A stretch of DNA of 64,000 nucleotides from Auanema rhodensis (GCA_964057225.1 OZ059897.1:5146001-5210000), one strand, 5' to 3'; positions 27,401-43,700 are shown, counted from the first letter of the stretch. The notes: generated from the letters alone by a model not told the origin. Program-made: numbers and translations.

Positions 27401-29725
27401 ATAAATTAAAGTTCACGTAAATTTCAAAGTCATGGTTACCATGAACCAATATCAATAACAATTTGTTTTTAGACTAATATGGACATGTGGAATCTAATTT
27501 TGAAAACCGCATCTCTTTATCTTTCACGTGAAGTGAGTTACATACCAAGTGCACATCACGTGTACATTTAATTAGCATAAATTAAAGTTCACGTAAATTT
27601 CAAAGTCATGGTTACCATGAACCAATATCAATAACAATTTGTTTTTAGACTAATATGGACATGTGGAATCTAATTTTGAAAACCGCATCTCTTTATCTTT
27701 CACGTGAAGTGAGTTACATACCAAATGCACATCACGTGTACATTTAATTAGCATAAATTAAAGTTCACGTAAATTTCAAAGTCATGGTTACCATGCACTA
27801 ATATCAATAAAAATTTGTTTTTAGACTAATATGGACATGGGGAATCTAATTTTGAAAACCGCATCTCTTTATCTTTCACGTGAAGCAAGTTACATATCAA
27901 GTGCACAGCACGTGTACATTTAATTAGCATAAATTAAAGTTCACGTAAATTTCAAAGTCATGGTTACCATGCACCAATATCAATAAAAATTTGTTTTTAG
28001 ACTAATATGGACATGGGGAATCTAATTTTGGGAACCGCATCTCTTTATCTTTCACGTGAAGCAAGTTAGATACCAAGTACACATCACGTGCACATTTAAT
28101 TAGCATAAATTAAAGTTCACGTAAATTTCAAAGTCATGGTTACCATGCACCAATATCAATAAAAATTTGTTTTTAGACTAATATGGACATGTGGAATCTA
28201 ATTTTGAAAACCGCATCTCTTTATCTTTCACGTGAAGTGAGTTACATACCAAGTGCACATCACGTGTACATTCAATTAGCATAAATTAAAGTTCACGTAA
28301 ATTTCAAAATCATGGTTACCATGCACCAATATCAATAAAAATTTGTTTTTAGACTAATATGGACATGTGGAATCTAATTTTGAAAACCGCATCTCTTTAT
28401 CTTTCACGTGAAGCGAGTTACATACCAAGTGCACATCACGTGTACATTTAATTAGCATTAATTAAAGTTCACGTAAATTTCAAAGTCATGGTTACCATGC
28501 ACCAATATCAATGAAAATTTGTTTTTAGACTAATATGGACATGTGGAATCTAATTTTGAAAACCGCATCTCTTTATCTTTCACGTGAAGCAAGTTACATA
28601 CCAAGTGCACAGCACGTGTACATTTAATTAGCATAAATTAAAGTTCACGTAAATTTCAAAGTCATGGTTACCATGCACCAATATCAATAAAAATTTGTTT
28701 TTAGACTAATATGGACATGGGGAATCTAACTGTGAAAACCGCATCTCTTTATCTTTCACGTGAAGCGAGTTACATACCAAGTGCACATCACGTGTACATT
28801 TAATTAGCATTAATTAAAGTTCACGTAAATTTCAAAGTCATGGTTACCATGAACCAATATCAATAACAATTTGTTTTTAGACTAATATGGACATGTGGAA
28901 TCTAATTTTGAAAACCGCATCTCTTTATCTTTCACGTGAAGTGAGTTACATACCAAGTGCACATCACGTGTACATTTAATTAGCATAAATTAAAGTTCAC
29001 GTAAATTTCAAAGTCATGGTTACCATGAACCAATATCAATAACAATTTGTTTTTAGACTAATATGGACATGTGGAATCTAATTTTGAGAACCGCATCTCT
29101 TTATCTTTCACGTGAAGTGAGTTACATACCAAGTGCACATCACGTGTACATTTAATTAGCATAAATTAAAGTTCACGTAAATTTCAAAGTCATGGTTACC
29201 ATGAACCAATATCAATAACAATTTGTTTTTAGACTAATATGGACATGTGGAATCTAATTTTGAAAACCGCATCTCTTTATCTTTCACGTGAAGTGAGTTA
29301 CATACCAAGTGCACATCACGTGTACATTTAATTAGCATAAATTAAAGTTCACGTAAATTTCAAAGTCATGGTTACCATGCACTAATATCAATAAAAATTT
29401 CTTTTTAGACTAATATGGACATGGGGAATCTAATTTTGAAAACCGCATCTCTTTATCTTTCACGTGAAGCAAGTTACATACCAAGTGCACAGCACGTGTA
29501 CATTTAATTAGCATAAATTAAAGTTCACGTAAATTTCAAAGTCATGGTTACCATGCACCAATATCAATAAAAATTTGTTTTTAGACTAATATGGACATGG
29601 GGAATCTAATTTTGGGAACCGCATCTCTTTATCTTTCACGTGAAGCAAGTTAGATACCAAGTACACATCACGTGCACATTTAATTAGCATAAATTAAAGT
29701 TCACGTAAATTTCAAAGTCATGGTT
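21488..29725 (+). repeat. Forward satellite, variant domain A (copy 2)
   Basis: Matches ~4741-9322 at offset +16889 (TTTAAAC 4775/21664, CCATACAC 6858/23747, GGTTTCC 8085/24974) and 12495-14420 at offset +15305. Confidence 0.9.
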
Positions 29726-31736
29726 ACGTGCTGTGCACTTGGTATGTAACTTGCTTCACGTGAAAGATAAAGAGATGCGGTTTTCAAAATTAGATTCCCC
29801 ATGTCCATATTAGTCTAAAAAGAAATTTTTATTGATATTAGTGCATGGTAACCATGACTTTGAAATTTACGTGAACTTTAATTTATGCTAATTAAATGTA
29901 CACGTGATGTGCACTTGGTATGTAACTCACTTCACGTGAAAGATAAAGAGATGCGGTTTTCAAAATTAGATTCCACATGTCCATATTAGTCTAAAAACAA
30001 ATTGTTATTGATATTGGTTCATGGTAACCATGACTTTGAAATTTACGTGAACTTTAATTTATGCTAATTAAATGTACACGTGATGTGCACTTGGTATGTA
30101 ACTCACTTCACGTGAAAGATAAAGAGATGCGGTTTTTAAAATTAGATTCCCCATGTCCATATTAGTCTAAAAACAAATTTTATTGATATTGGTGCATGGT
30201 AACCATGACTTTGAAATTTACGTGAACTTTAATTTATGCTAATTAAATGTGCACGTGATGTGCACTTGGTATGTAACTTGCTTCACGTGAAAGATAAAGA
30301 GATGCGGTTTTCAAAATTAGATTCCCCATGTCCATATTAGTCTAAAAACAAATTTTTATTGATATTGGTGCATGGTAACCATGACTTTGAAATTTACGTG
30401 AACTTTAATTTATGCTAATTAAATGTACACGTGATGTGCACTTGGTATGTAACTTGCTTCACGTGAAAGATAAAGAGATGCGGTTTTCAAAATTAGATTC
30501 CCCATGTCCATATTAGTCTAAAAACAAATTTTTATTGATATTGGTGCATGGTAACCATGACTTTGAAATTTACGTGAACTTTAATTTATGCTAATTAAAT
30601 GTGCACGTGATGTGCACTTGGTATGTAACTTGCTTCACGTGAAAGATAAAGAGATGCGGTTTTCAAAATTAGATTCCCCATGTCCATATTAGTCTAAAAA
30701 CAAATTTTTATTGATATTGGTGCATGGTAACCATGACTTTGAAATTTACGTGAACTTTAATTTATGCTAATTAAATGTGCACGTGATGTGCACTTGGTAT
30801 GTAACTTGCTTCACGTGAAAGATAAAGAGATGCAGTTTTCAAAATTAGATTCCCCATGTCCATAATAGTCTAAAAACAAATTTTTATTGATATTGGTGCA
30901 TGGTAACCATGACTTTGAAATTTACGTGAACTTTAATTTATGCTAATTAAATGTGCACGTGATGTGCACTTGGTATGTAACTTGCTTCACGTGAAAGATA
31001 AAGAGATGCGGTTTTCAAAATTAGATTCCCCATGTCCATATTAGTCTAAAAACAAATTTTTATTGATATTGGTGCATGGTAACCATGACTTTGAAATTTA
31101 CGTGAACTTTAATTTATGCTAATTAAATGTGCACGTGATGTGCACTTGGTATGTAACTTGCTTCACGTGAAAGATAAAGAGATGCAGTTTTCAAAATTAG
31201 ATTCCCCATGTCCATATTAGTCTAAAAACAAATTTTTATTGATATTGGTGCATGGTAACCATGACTTTGAAATTTACGTGAACTTTAATTTATGCTAATT
31301 AAATGTGCACGTGATGTGCACTTGGTATGTAACTTGCTTCACGTGAAAGATAAAGAGATGCGGTTTTCAAAATTAGATTCCTCATGTCCATATTAGTCTA
31401 AAAACAAATTTTTATTGATATTGGTGCATGGTAACCATGACTTTGAAATTTACGTGAACTTTAATTTATGCTAATTAAATGTGCACGTGATGTGCACTTG
31501 GTATGTAACTTGCTTCACGTGAAAGATAAAGAGATGCGGTTTTCAAAATTAGATTCCCCATGTCCATATTAGTCTAAAAACAAATTTTTATTGATATTAG
31601 TGCATGGTAACCATGACTTTGAAATTTACGTGAACTTTAATTTATGCTAATTAAATGTGCACGTGATGTGCACTTGGTATGTAACTTGCTTCACGTGAAA
31701 GATAAAGAGATGCGGTTTTCAAAATTAGATTCCCCA
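29726..31736 (-). repeat. Inverted satellite block 2, copy of block 1 (+15,305 bp)
   Basis: Same left junction TGGTT|ACGTGCTGTG at 29726, same private variants (AAAGAAA, ATGCAGTT, CCATAATAG, TTCCTCAT) and same right junction. Confidence 0.98.
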
Positions 31737-31756
31737 AAAAAAAAATTAGATTCGAT
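31737..31756. other. Second copy of the 20-nt junction insertion
   Basis: TCCCC A10 TTAGATTCGAT TTACATACC, identical to the junction at 16431-16460. Confidence 0.92.
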
Positions 31757-34700
31757 TTACATACCAAGTGCACATCACGTGCACATTTAATTAGCATGAA
31801 TTAAAGTTCACGTAAATTTCAAAGTCATGGTTACCATGCACCAATATCAATAAAAATTTGTTTTTAGACTAATATGGACATGAGGAATCTAATTTTGAAA
31901 ACCGCATCTCTTTATCTTTCACGTGAAGCAAGTTACATACCAAGTGCACATCACGTGCACATTTAATTAGCATAAATTAAAGTTCACGTAAATTTCAAAG
32001 TCATGGTTACCATGCACCAATATCAATAAAAATTTGTTTTTAGACTAATATGGACATGGGGAATCTAATTTTGAAAACTGCATCTCTTTATCTTTCACGT
32101 GAAGCAAGTTACATACCAAGTGCACATCACGTGCACATTTAATTAGCATAAATTAAAGTTCACGTAAATTTCAAAGTCATGGTTACCATGCACCAATATC
32201 AATAAAAATTTGTTTTTAGACTAATATGGACATGGGGAATCTAATTTTGAAAACCGCATCTCTTTATCTTTCACGTGAAGCAAGTTACATACCAAGTGCA
32301 CATCACGTGCACATTTAATTAGCATAAATTAAAGTTCACGTAAATTTCAAAGTCATGGTTACCATGCACCAATATCAATAAAAATTTGTTTTTAGACTAT
32401 TATGGACATGGGGAATCTAATTTTGAAAACTGCATCTCTTTATCTTTCACGTGAAGCAAGTTACATACCAAGTGCACATCACGTGCACATTTAATTAGCA
32501 TAAATTAAAGTTCACGTAAATTTCAAAGTCATGGTTACCATGCACCAATATCAATAAAAATTTGTTTTTAGACTAATATGGACATGGGGAATCTAATTTT
32601 GAAAACCGCATCTCTTTATCTTTCACGTGAAGCAAGTTACATACCAAGTGCACATCACGTGCACATTTAATTAGCATAAATTAAAGTTCACGTAAATTTC
32701 AAAGTCATGGTTACCATGCACCAATATCAATAAAAATTTGTTTTTAGACTAATATGGACATGGGGAATCTAATTTTGAAAACCGCATCTCTTTATCTTTC
32801 ACGTGAAGCAAGTTACATACCAAGTGCACATCACGTGTACATTTAATTAGCATAAATTAAAGTTCACGTAAATTTCAAAGTCATGGTTACCATGCACCAA
32901 TATCAATAAAAATTTGTTTTTAGACTAATATGGACATGGGGAATCTAATTTTGAAAACCGCATCTCTTTATCTTTCACGTGAAGCAAGTTACATACCAAG
33001 TGCACATCACGTGCACATTTAATTAGCATAAATTAAAGTTCACGTAAATTTCAAAGTCATGGTTACCATGCACCAATATCAATAAAATTTGTTTTTAGAC
33101 TAATATGGACATGGGGAATCTAATTTTAAAAACCGCATCTCTTTATCTTTCACGTGAAGTGAGTTACATACCAAGTGCACATCACGTGTACATTTAATTA
33201 GCATAAATTAAAGTTCACGTAAATTTCAAAGTCATGGTTACCATGCACCAATATCAATAAAAATTTGTTTTTAGACTAATATGGACATGGGGAATCTAAT
33301 TTTAAAAACCGCATCTCTTTATCTTTCACGTGAAGTGAGTTACATACCAAGTGCACATCACGTGCACATTTAATTAGCATAAATTAAAGTTCACGTAAAT
33401 TTCAAATTTATGGTTACCATGCACCAATATCAATAAAATTTGTTTTTAGACTAATATGGACATGGGGAATCTAATTTTGAAAACCGCATCTCTTTATCTT
33501 TCACGTGAAGCGAGTTACATACCAAGTGCACATCACGTGTACATTTAATTAGCATAAATTAAAGTTCACGTAAATTTCAAAGTCATGGTTACCATGCACC
33601 AATATCAATAAAAATTTGTTTTTAGACTAATATGGACATGGGGAATCTAATTTTGAAAACCGCATCTCTTTATCTTTCACGTGAAGCGAGTTACATACCA
33701 AGTGCACATCACGTGTACATTTAATTAGCATAAATTAAAGTTCACGTAAATTTCAAAGTCATGGTTACCATGCACCAATATCAATAAAAATTTGTTTTTA
33801 GACTAATATGGACATGTGAAATCTAATTTTAAAAACCGCATCTCTTTATCTTTCACGTGAAGCAAGTTACATACCAAGTGCACATCACGTGTACATTTAA
33901 TTAGCATAAATTAAAGTTCACGTAAATTTCAAAGTCATGGTTACCATGCACTAATATCAATAAAAATTTGTTTTTAGACTAATATGGACATGGGGAATCT
34001 AATTTTAAAAACCGCATCTCTTTATCTTTCACGTGAAGTGAGTTACATACCAAGTGCACATCACGTGCACATTTAATTAGCATAAATTAAAGTTCACGTA
34101 AATTTCAAAGTCATGGTTACCATGCACCAATATCAATAAAATTTGTTTTTAGACTAATATGGACATGGGGAATCTAATTTTGAAAACCGCATCTCTTTAT
34201 CTTTCACGTGAAGCGAGTTACATACCAAGTGCACATCACGTGTACATTTAATTAGCATAAATTAAAGTTCACGTAAATTTCAAAGTCATGGTTACCATGC
34301 ACCAATATCAATAAAAATTTGTTTTTAGACTAATATGGACATGGGGAATCTAATTTTGAAAATCGCATCTCTTTATCTTTCACGTGAAGCAAGTTACATA
34401 CCAAGTGCACATCACGTGCACATTTAATTAGCATAAATTAAAGTTCACGTAAATTTCAAAGTCATGGTTACCATGCACCAATATCAATAAAATTTGTTTT
34501 TAGACTAATATGGACATGGGGAATCTAATTTTAAAAACCGCATCTCTTTATCTTTCACGTGAAGTGAGTTACATACCAAGTGCACATCACGTGTACATTT
34601 AATTAGCATAAATTAAAGTTCACGTAAATTTCAAAGTCATGGTTACCATGCACCAATATCAATAAAAATTTGTTTTTAGACTAATATGGACATGGGGAAT

Positions 34701-37700
34701 CTAATTTTAAAAACCGCATCTCTTTATCTTTCACGTGAAGTGAGTTACATACCAAGTGCACATCACGTGCACATTTAATTAGCATAAATTAAAGTTCACG
34801 TAAATTTCAAATTTATGGTTACCATGCACCAATATCAATAAAATTTGTTTTTAGACTAATATGGACATGGGGAATCTAATTTTGAAAACCGCATCTCTTT
34901 ATCTTTCACGTGAAGCGAGTTACATACCAAGTGCACATCACGTGTACATTTAATTAGCATAAATTAAAGTTCACGTAAATTTCAAAGTCATGGTTACCAT
35001 GCACCAATATCAATAAAAATTTGTTTTTAGACTAATATGGACATGGGGAATCTAATTTTGAAAACCGCATCTCTTTATCTTTCACGTGAAGCGAGTTACA
35101 TACCAAGTGCACATCACGTGTACATTTAATTAGCATAAATTAAAGTTCACGTAAATTTCAAAGTCATGGTTACCATGCACCAATATCAATAAAAATTTGT
35201 TTTTAGACTAATATGGACATGTGAAATCTAATTTTAAAAACCGCATCTCTTTATCTTTCACGTGAAGCAAGTTACATACCAAGTGCACATCACGTGTACA
35301 TTTAATTAGCATAAATTAAAGTTCACGTAAATTTCAAAGTCATGGTTACCATGCACTAATATCAATAAAAATTTGTTTTTAGACTAATATGGACATGGGG
35401 AATCTAATCTTGAAAACCGCATCTCTTTATCTTTCACGTGAAGTGGGTTACATACCAAGTGCACATCACGTGTACATTTAATTAGCATAAATTAAAGTTC
35501 ACGTAAATTTCAAAGTCATGGTTACCATGCACTAATATCAATAAAAATTTGTTTTTAGACTAATATGGACATGTGGAATCTAATTTTAAAAACCGCATCT
35601 CTTTATCTTTCACGTGAAGCAAGTTACATACCAAGTGCACATCACGTGTACATTTAATTAGCATAAATTAAAGTTCACGTAAATTTCAAAGTCATGGTTA
35701 CCATGCACCAATATCAATAAAAATTTGTTTTTAGACTAATATGGACATGGGGAATCTAATTTTGAAAATCGCATCTCTTTATCTTTCACGTGAAGCGAGT
35801 TACATACCAAGTGCACATCACGTGTACATTTAATTAGCATAAATTAAAGTTCACGTAAATTTCAAAGTCATGGTTACCATGCACCAATGTCAATAAAAAT
35901 TTGTTTTTAGACTAATATGGACATGGGGAATCTAATTTTAAAAACCGCATCTCTTTATCTTTCACGTGAAGTGAGTTACATACCAAGTGCACATCACGTG
36001 TACATTTAATTAGCATAAATTAAAGTTCACGTAAATTTCAAAGTCATGGTTACCATGCACCAATATCAATAAAAATTTGTTTTTAGACTAATATGGACAT
36101 GGGGAATCTAATTTTGAAAACCGCATCTCTTTATCTTTCACGTGAAGCAAGTTACATACCAAGTGCACATCACGTGCACATTTAATTAGCATAAATTAAA
36201 GTTCACGTAAATTTCAAAGTCATGGTTACCATGCACCAATATCAATAAAAATTTGTTTTTAGACTAATATGGACATGGGGAATCTAATTTTGAAAATCGC
36301 ATCTCTTTATCTTTCACGTGAAGCGAGTTACATACCAAGTGCACATCACGTGTACATTTAATTAGCATAAATTAAAGTTCACGTAAATTTCAAAGTCATG
36401 GTTACCATGCACCAATGTCAATAAAAATTTGTTTTTAGACTAATATGGACATGGGGAATCTAATTTTAAAAACCGCATCTCTTTATCTTTCACGTGAAGT
36501 GAGTTACATACCAAGTGCACATCACGTGTACATTTAATTAGCATAAATTAAAGTTCACGTAAATTTCAAAGTCATGGTTACCATGCTCCAATATCAATAA
36601 AAATTTGTTTTTAGACTAATATGGACATGGGGAATCTAATTTTGAAAACCGCATCTCTTTATCTTTCACGTGAAGCAAGTTACATACCAAGTGCACATCA
36701 CGTGCACATTTAATTAGCATAAATTAAAGTTCACGTAAATTTCAAAGTCATGGTTACCATGCACCAATATCAATAAAAATTTGTTTTTAGACTAATATGG
36801 ACATGGGGAATCTAATTTTAAAAACCGCATCTCTTTATCTTTCACGTGAAGCAAGTTACATACCAAGTGCACATCACGTGTACATTTAATTAGCATAAAT
36901 TAAAGTTCACTTAAATTTCAAAGTCATGGTTACCATGCACCAATATCAATAAAAATTTGTTTTTAGACTAATATGGACATGTGGAATCTAATTTTGAAAA
37001 CCGCATCTCTTTATCTTTCACGTGAAGTGAGTTACATACCAAGTGCACATCACGTGTACATTTAATTAGCATAAATTAAAGTTCACGTAAATTTCAAAGT
37101 CATGGTTACCATGCACCAATATCAATAAAAATTTGTTTTTAGATTAATATGGACATGGGGAATCTAATTTTGAAAACCGCATCTCTTTATCTTTCACGTG
37201 AAGCAAGTTACATACCAAGTGCACAGCACGTGTACATTTAATTAGCATAAATTAAAGTTCACGTAAATTTCAAAGTCATGGTTACCATGCACCAATATCA
37301 ATAAAAATTTGTTTTTAGACTAATATGGACATGGGGAATCTAATTTTGAAAACCGCATCTCTTTATCTTTCACGTGAAGCGAGTTACATACCAAGTGCAC
37401 ATCACGTGTACATTTAATTAGCATAAATTAAAGTTCACGTAAATTTCAAAGTCATGGTTACCATGCACCAATATCAATAAAAATTTGTTTTTAGACTAAT
37501 ATGGACATGTGAAATCTAATTTTAAAAACCGCATCTCTTTATCTTTCACGTGAAGCAAGTTACATACCAAGTGCACATCACGTGTACATTTAATTAGCAT
37601 AAATTAAAGTTCACGTAAATTTCAAAGTCATGGTTACCATGCACTAATATCAATAAAAATTTGTTTTTAGACTAATATGGACATGGGGAATCTAATCTTG

Positions 37701-40700
37701 AAAACCGCATCTCTTTATCTTTCACGTGAAGTGGGTTACATACCAAGTGCACATCACGTGTACATTTAATTAGCATAAATTAAAGTTCACGTAAATTTCA
37801 AAGTCATGGTTACCATGCACTAATATCAATAAAAATTTGTTTTTAGACTAATATGGACATGTGGAATCTAATTTTGAAAACCGCATCTCTTTATCTTTCA
37901 CGTGAAGCAAGTTACATACCAAGTGCACAGCACGTGTACATTTAATTAGCATAAATTAAAGTTCACGTAAATTTCAAAGTCATGGTTACCATGCACCAAT
38001 ATCAATAAAAATTTGTTTTTAGACTAATATGGACATGGGGAATCTAATTTTGAAAACCGCATCTCTTTATCTTTCACGTGAAGCGAGTTACATACCAAGT
38101 GCACATCACGTGTACATTTAATTAGCATAAATTAAAGTTCACGTAAATTTCAAAGTCATGGTTACCATGCACCAATATCAATAAAAATTTGTTTTTAGAC
38201 TAATATGGACATGTGAAATCTAATTTTAAAAACCGCATCTCTTTATCTTTCACGTGAAGCAAGTTACATACCAAGTGCACATCACGTGTACATTTAATTA
38301 GCATAAATTAAAGTTCACGTAAATTTCAAAGTCATGGTTACCATGCTCCAATATCAATAAAAATTTGTTTTTAGACTAATATGGACATGGGGAATCTAAT
38401 TTTGAAAACCGCATCCTTTTATCTTTCACGTGAAGCAAGTTACATACCAAGTGCACATCACGTGCACATTTAATTAGCATAAATTAAAGTTCACGTAAAT
38501 TTCAAAGTCATGGTTACCATGCACCAATATCAATAAAAATTTGTTTTTAGACTAATATGGACATGGGGAATCTAATTTTAAAAACCGCATCTCTTTATCT
38601 TTCACGTGAAGCAAGTTACATACCAAGTGCACATCACGTGTACATTTAATTAGCATAAATTAAAGTTCACTTAAATTTCAAAGTCATGGTTACCATGCAC
38701 CAATATCAATAAAAATTTGTTTTTAGACTAATATGGACATGGGGAATCTAATTTTGAAAACCGCATCTCTTTATCTTTCACGTGAAGCGAGTTACATACC
38801 AAGTGCACATCACGTGTACATTTAATTAGCATAAATTAAAGTTCACGTAAATTTCAAAGTCATGGTTACCATGCACCAATATCAATAAAAATTTGTTTTT
38901 AGACTAATATGGACATGGGGAATCTAATTTTGAAAATCGCATCTCTTTATCTTTCACGTGAAGCAAGTTACATACCAAGTGCACATCACGTGCACATTTA
39001 ATTAGCATAAATTAAAGTTCACGTAAATTTCAAAGTCATGGTTACCATGCACCAATATCAATAAAATTTGTTTTTAGACTAATATGGACATGGGGAATCT
39101 AATTTTAAAAACCGCATCTCTTTATCTTTCACGTGAAGTGAGTTACATACCAAGTGCACATCACGTGTACATTTAATTAGCATAAATTAAAGTTCACGTA
39201 AATTTCAAAGTCATGGTTACCATGCACCAATATCAATAAAAATTTGTTTTTAGACTAATATGGACATGGGGAATCTAATTTTAAAAACCGCATCTCTTTA
39301 TCTTTCACGTGAAGTGAGTTACATACCAAGTGCACATCACGTGCACATTTAATTAGCATAAATTAAAGTTCACGTAAATTTCAAATTTATGGTTACCATG
39401 CACCAATATCAATAAAATTTGTTTTTAGACTAATATGGACATGGGGAATCTAATTTTGAAAACCGCATCTCTTTATCTTTCACGTGAAGCGAGTTACATA
39501 CCAAGTGCACATCACGTGTACATTTAATTAGCATAAATTAAAGTTCACGTAAATTTCAAAGTCATGGTTACCATGCACCAATATCAATAAAAATTTGTTT
39601 TTAGACTAATATGGACATGGGGAATCTAATTTTGAAAACCGCATCTCTTTATCTTTCACGTGAAGCGAGTTACATACCAAGTGCACATCACGTGTACATT
39701 TAATTAGCATAAATTAAAGTTCACGTAAATTTCAAAGTCATGGTTACCATGCACCAATATCAATAAAAATTTGTTTTTAGACTAATATGGACATGTGAAA
39801 TCTAATTTTAAAAACCGCATCTCTTTATCTTTCACGTGAAGCAAGTTACATACCAAGTGCACATCACGTGTACATTTAATTAGCATAAATTAAAGTTCAC
39901 GTAAATTTCAAAGTCATGGTTACCATGCACTAATATCAATAAAAATTTGTTTTTAGACTAATATGGACATGGGGAATCTAATCTTGAAAACCGCATCTCT
40001 TTATCTTTCACGTGAAGTGGGTTACATACCAAGTGCACATCACGTGTACATTTAATTAGCATAAATTAAAGTTCACGTAAATTTCAAAGTCATGGTTACC
40101 ATGCACTAATATCAATAAAAATTTGTTTTTAGACTAATATGGACATGTGGAATCTAATTTTAAAAACCGCATCTCTTTATCTTTCACGTGAAGCAAGTTA
40201 CATACCAAGTGCACATCACGTGTACATTTAATTAGCATAAATTAAAGTTCACGTAAATTTCAAAGTCATGGTTACCATGCACCAATATCAATAAAAATTT
40301 GTTTTTAGACTAATATGGACATGGGGAATCTAATTTTGAAAATCGCATCTCTTTATCTTTCACGTGAAGCGAGTTACATACCAAGTGCACATCACGTGTA
40401 CATTTAATTAGCATAAATTAAAGTTCACGTAAATTTCAAAGTCATGGTTACCATGCACCAATGTCAATAAAAATTTGTTTTTAGACTAATATGGACATGG
40501 GGAATCTAATTTTAAAAACCGCATCTCTTTATCTTTCACGTGAAGTGAGTTACATACCAAGTGCACATCACGTGTACATTTAATTAGCATAAATTAAAGT
40601 TCACGTAAATTTCAAAGTCATGGTTACCATGCACCAATATCAATAAAAATTTGTTTTTAGACTAATATGGACATGGGGAATCTAATTTTGAAAACCGCAT

Positions 40701-43700
40701 CTCTTTATCTTTCACGTGAAGCAAGTTACATACCAAGTGCACATCACGTGCACATTTAATTAGCATAAATTAAAGTTCACGTAAATTTCAAAGTCATGGT
40801 TACCATGCACCAATATCAATAAAAATTTGTTTTTAGACTAATATGGACATGGGGAATCTAATTTTGAAAATCGCATCTCTTTATCTTTCACGTGAAGCGA
40901 GTTACATACCAAGTGCACATCACGTGTACATTTAATTAGCATAAATTAAAGTTCACGTAAATTTCAAAGTCATGGTTACCATGCACCAATGTCAATAAAA
41001 ATTTGTTTTTAGACTAATATGGACATGGGGAATCTAATTTTAAAAACCGCATCTCTTTATCTTTCACGTGAAGTGAGTTACATACCAAGTGCACATCACG
41101 TGTACATTTAATTAGCATAAATTAAAGTTCACGTAAATTTCAAAGTCATGGTTACCATGCTCCAATATCAATAAAAATTTGTTTTTAGACTAATATGGAC
41201 ATGGGGAATCTAATTTTGAAAACCGCATCTCTTTATCTTTCACGTGAAGCAAGTTACATACCAAGTGCACATCACGTGCACATTTAATTAGCATAAATTA
41301 AAGTTCACGTAAATTTCAAAGTCATGGTTACCATGCACCAATATCAATAAAAATTTGTTTTTAGACTAATATGGACATGGGGAATCTAATTTTAAAAACC
41401 GCATCTCTTTATCTTTCACGTGAAGCAAGTTACATACCAAGTGCACATCACGTGTACATTTAATTAGCATAAATTAAAGTTCACTTAAATTTCAAAGTCA
41501 TGGTTACCATGCACCAATATCAATAAAAATTTGTTTTTAGACTAATATGGACATGTGGAATCTAATTTTGAAAACCGCATCTCTTTATCTTTCACGTGAA
41601 GTGAGTTACATACCAAGTGCACATCACGTGTACATTTAATTAGCATAAATTAAAGTTCACGTAAATTTCAAAGTCATGGTTACCATGCACCAATATCAAT
41701 AAAAATTTGTTTTTAGATTAATATGGACATGGGGAATCTAATTTTGAAAACCGCATCTCTTTATCTTTCACGTGAAGCAAGTTACATACCAAGTGCACAG
41801 CACGTGTACATTTAATTAGCATAAATTAAAGTTCACGTAAATTTCAAAGTCATGGTTACCATGCACCAATATCAATAAAAATTTGTTTTTAGACTAATAT
41901 GGACATGGGGAATCTAATTTTGAAAACCGCATCTCTTTATCTTTCACGTGAAGCGAGTTACATACCAAGTGCACATCACGTGTACATTTAATTAGCATAA
42001 ATTAAAGTTCACGTAAATTTCAAAGTCATGGTTACCATGCACCAATATCAATAAAAATTTGTTTTTAGACTAATATGGACATGTGAAATCTAATTTTAAA
42101 AACCGCATCTCTTTATCTTTCACGTGAAGCAAGTTACATACCAAGTGCACATCACGTGTACATTTAATTAGCATAAATTAAAGTTCACGTAAATTTCAAA
42201 GTCATGGTTACCATGCACTAATATCAATAAAAATTTGTTTTTAGACTAATATGGACATGGGGAATCTAATCTTGAAAACCGCATCTCTTTATCTTTCACG
42301 TGAAGTGGGTTACATACCAAGTGCACATCACGTGTACATTTAATTAGCATAAATTAAAGTTCACGTAAATTTCAAAGTCATGGTTACCATGCACTAATAT
42401 CAATAAAAATTTGTTTTTAGACTAATATGGACATGTGGAATCTAATTTTGAAAACCGCATCTCTTTATCTTTCACGTGAAGCAAGTTACATACCAAGTGC
42501 ACAGCACGTGTACATTTAATTAGCATAAATTAAAGTTCACGTAAATTTCAAAGTCATGGTTACCATGCACCAATATCAATAAAAATTTGTTTTTAGACTA
42601 ATATGGACATGGGGAATCTAATTTTGAAAACCGCATCTCTTTATCTTTCACGTGAAGCGAGTTACATACCAAGTGCACATCACGTGTACATTTAATTAGC
42701 ATAAATTAAAGTTCACGTAAATTTCAAAGTCATGGTTACCATGCACCAATATCAATAAAAATTTGTTTTTAGACTAATATGGACATGTGAAATCTAATTT
42801 TAAAAACCGCATCTCTTTATCTTTCACGTGAAGCAAGTTACATACCAAGTGCACATCACGTGTACATTTAATTAGCATAAATTAAAGTTCACGTAAATTT
42901 CAAAGTCATGGTTACCATGCTCCAATATCAATAAAAATTTGTTTTTAGACTAATATGGACATGGGGAATCTAATTTTGAAAACCGCATCTCTTTATCTTT
43001 CACGTGAAGCAAGTTACATACCAAGTGCACATCACGTGCACATTTAATTAGCATAAATTAAAGTTCACGTAAATTTCAAAGTCATGGTTACCATGCACCA
43101 ATATCAATAAAAATTTGTTTTTAGACTAATATGGACATGGGGAATCTAATTTTAAAAACCGCATCTCTTTATCTTTCACGTGAAGCAAGTTACATACCAA
43201 GTGCACATCACGTGTACATTTAATTAGCATAAATTAAAGTTCACTTAAATTTCAAAGTCATGGTTACCATGCACCAATATCAATAAAAATTTGTTTTTAG
43301 ACTAATATGGACATGTGGAATCTAATTTTGAAAACCGCATCTCTTTATCTTTCACGTGAAGTGAGTTACATACCAAGTGCACATCACGTGTACATTTAAT
43401 TAGCATAAATTAAAGTTCACGTAAATTTCAAAGTCATGGTTACCATGCACCAATATCAATAAAAATTTGTTTTTAGATTAATATGGACATGGGGAATCTA
43501 ATTTTGAAAACCGCATCTCTTTATCTTTCACGTGAAGCAAGTTACATACCAAGTGCACAGCACGTGTACATTTAATTAGCATAAATTAAAGTTCACGTAA
43601 ATTTCAAAGTCATGGTTACCATGCACCAATATCAATAAAAATTTGTTTTTAGACTAATATGGACATGGGGAATCTAATTTTGAAAACCGCATCTCTTTAT

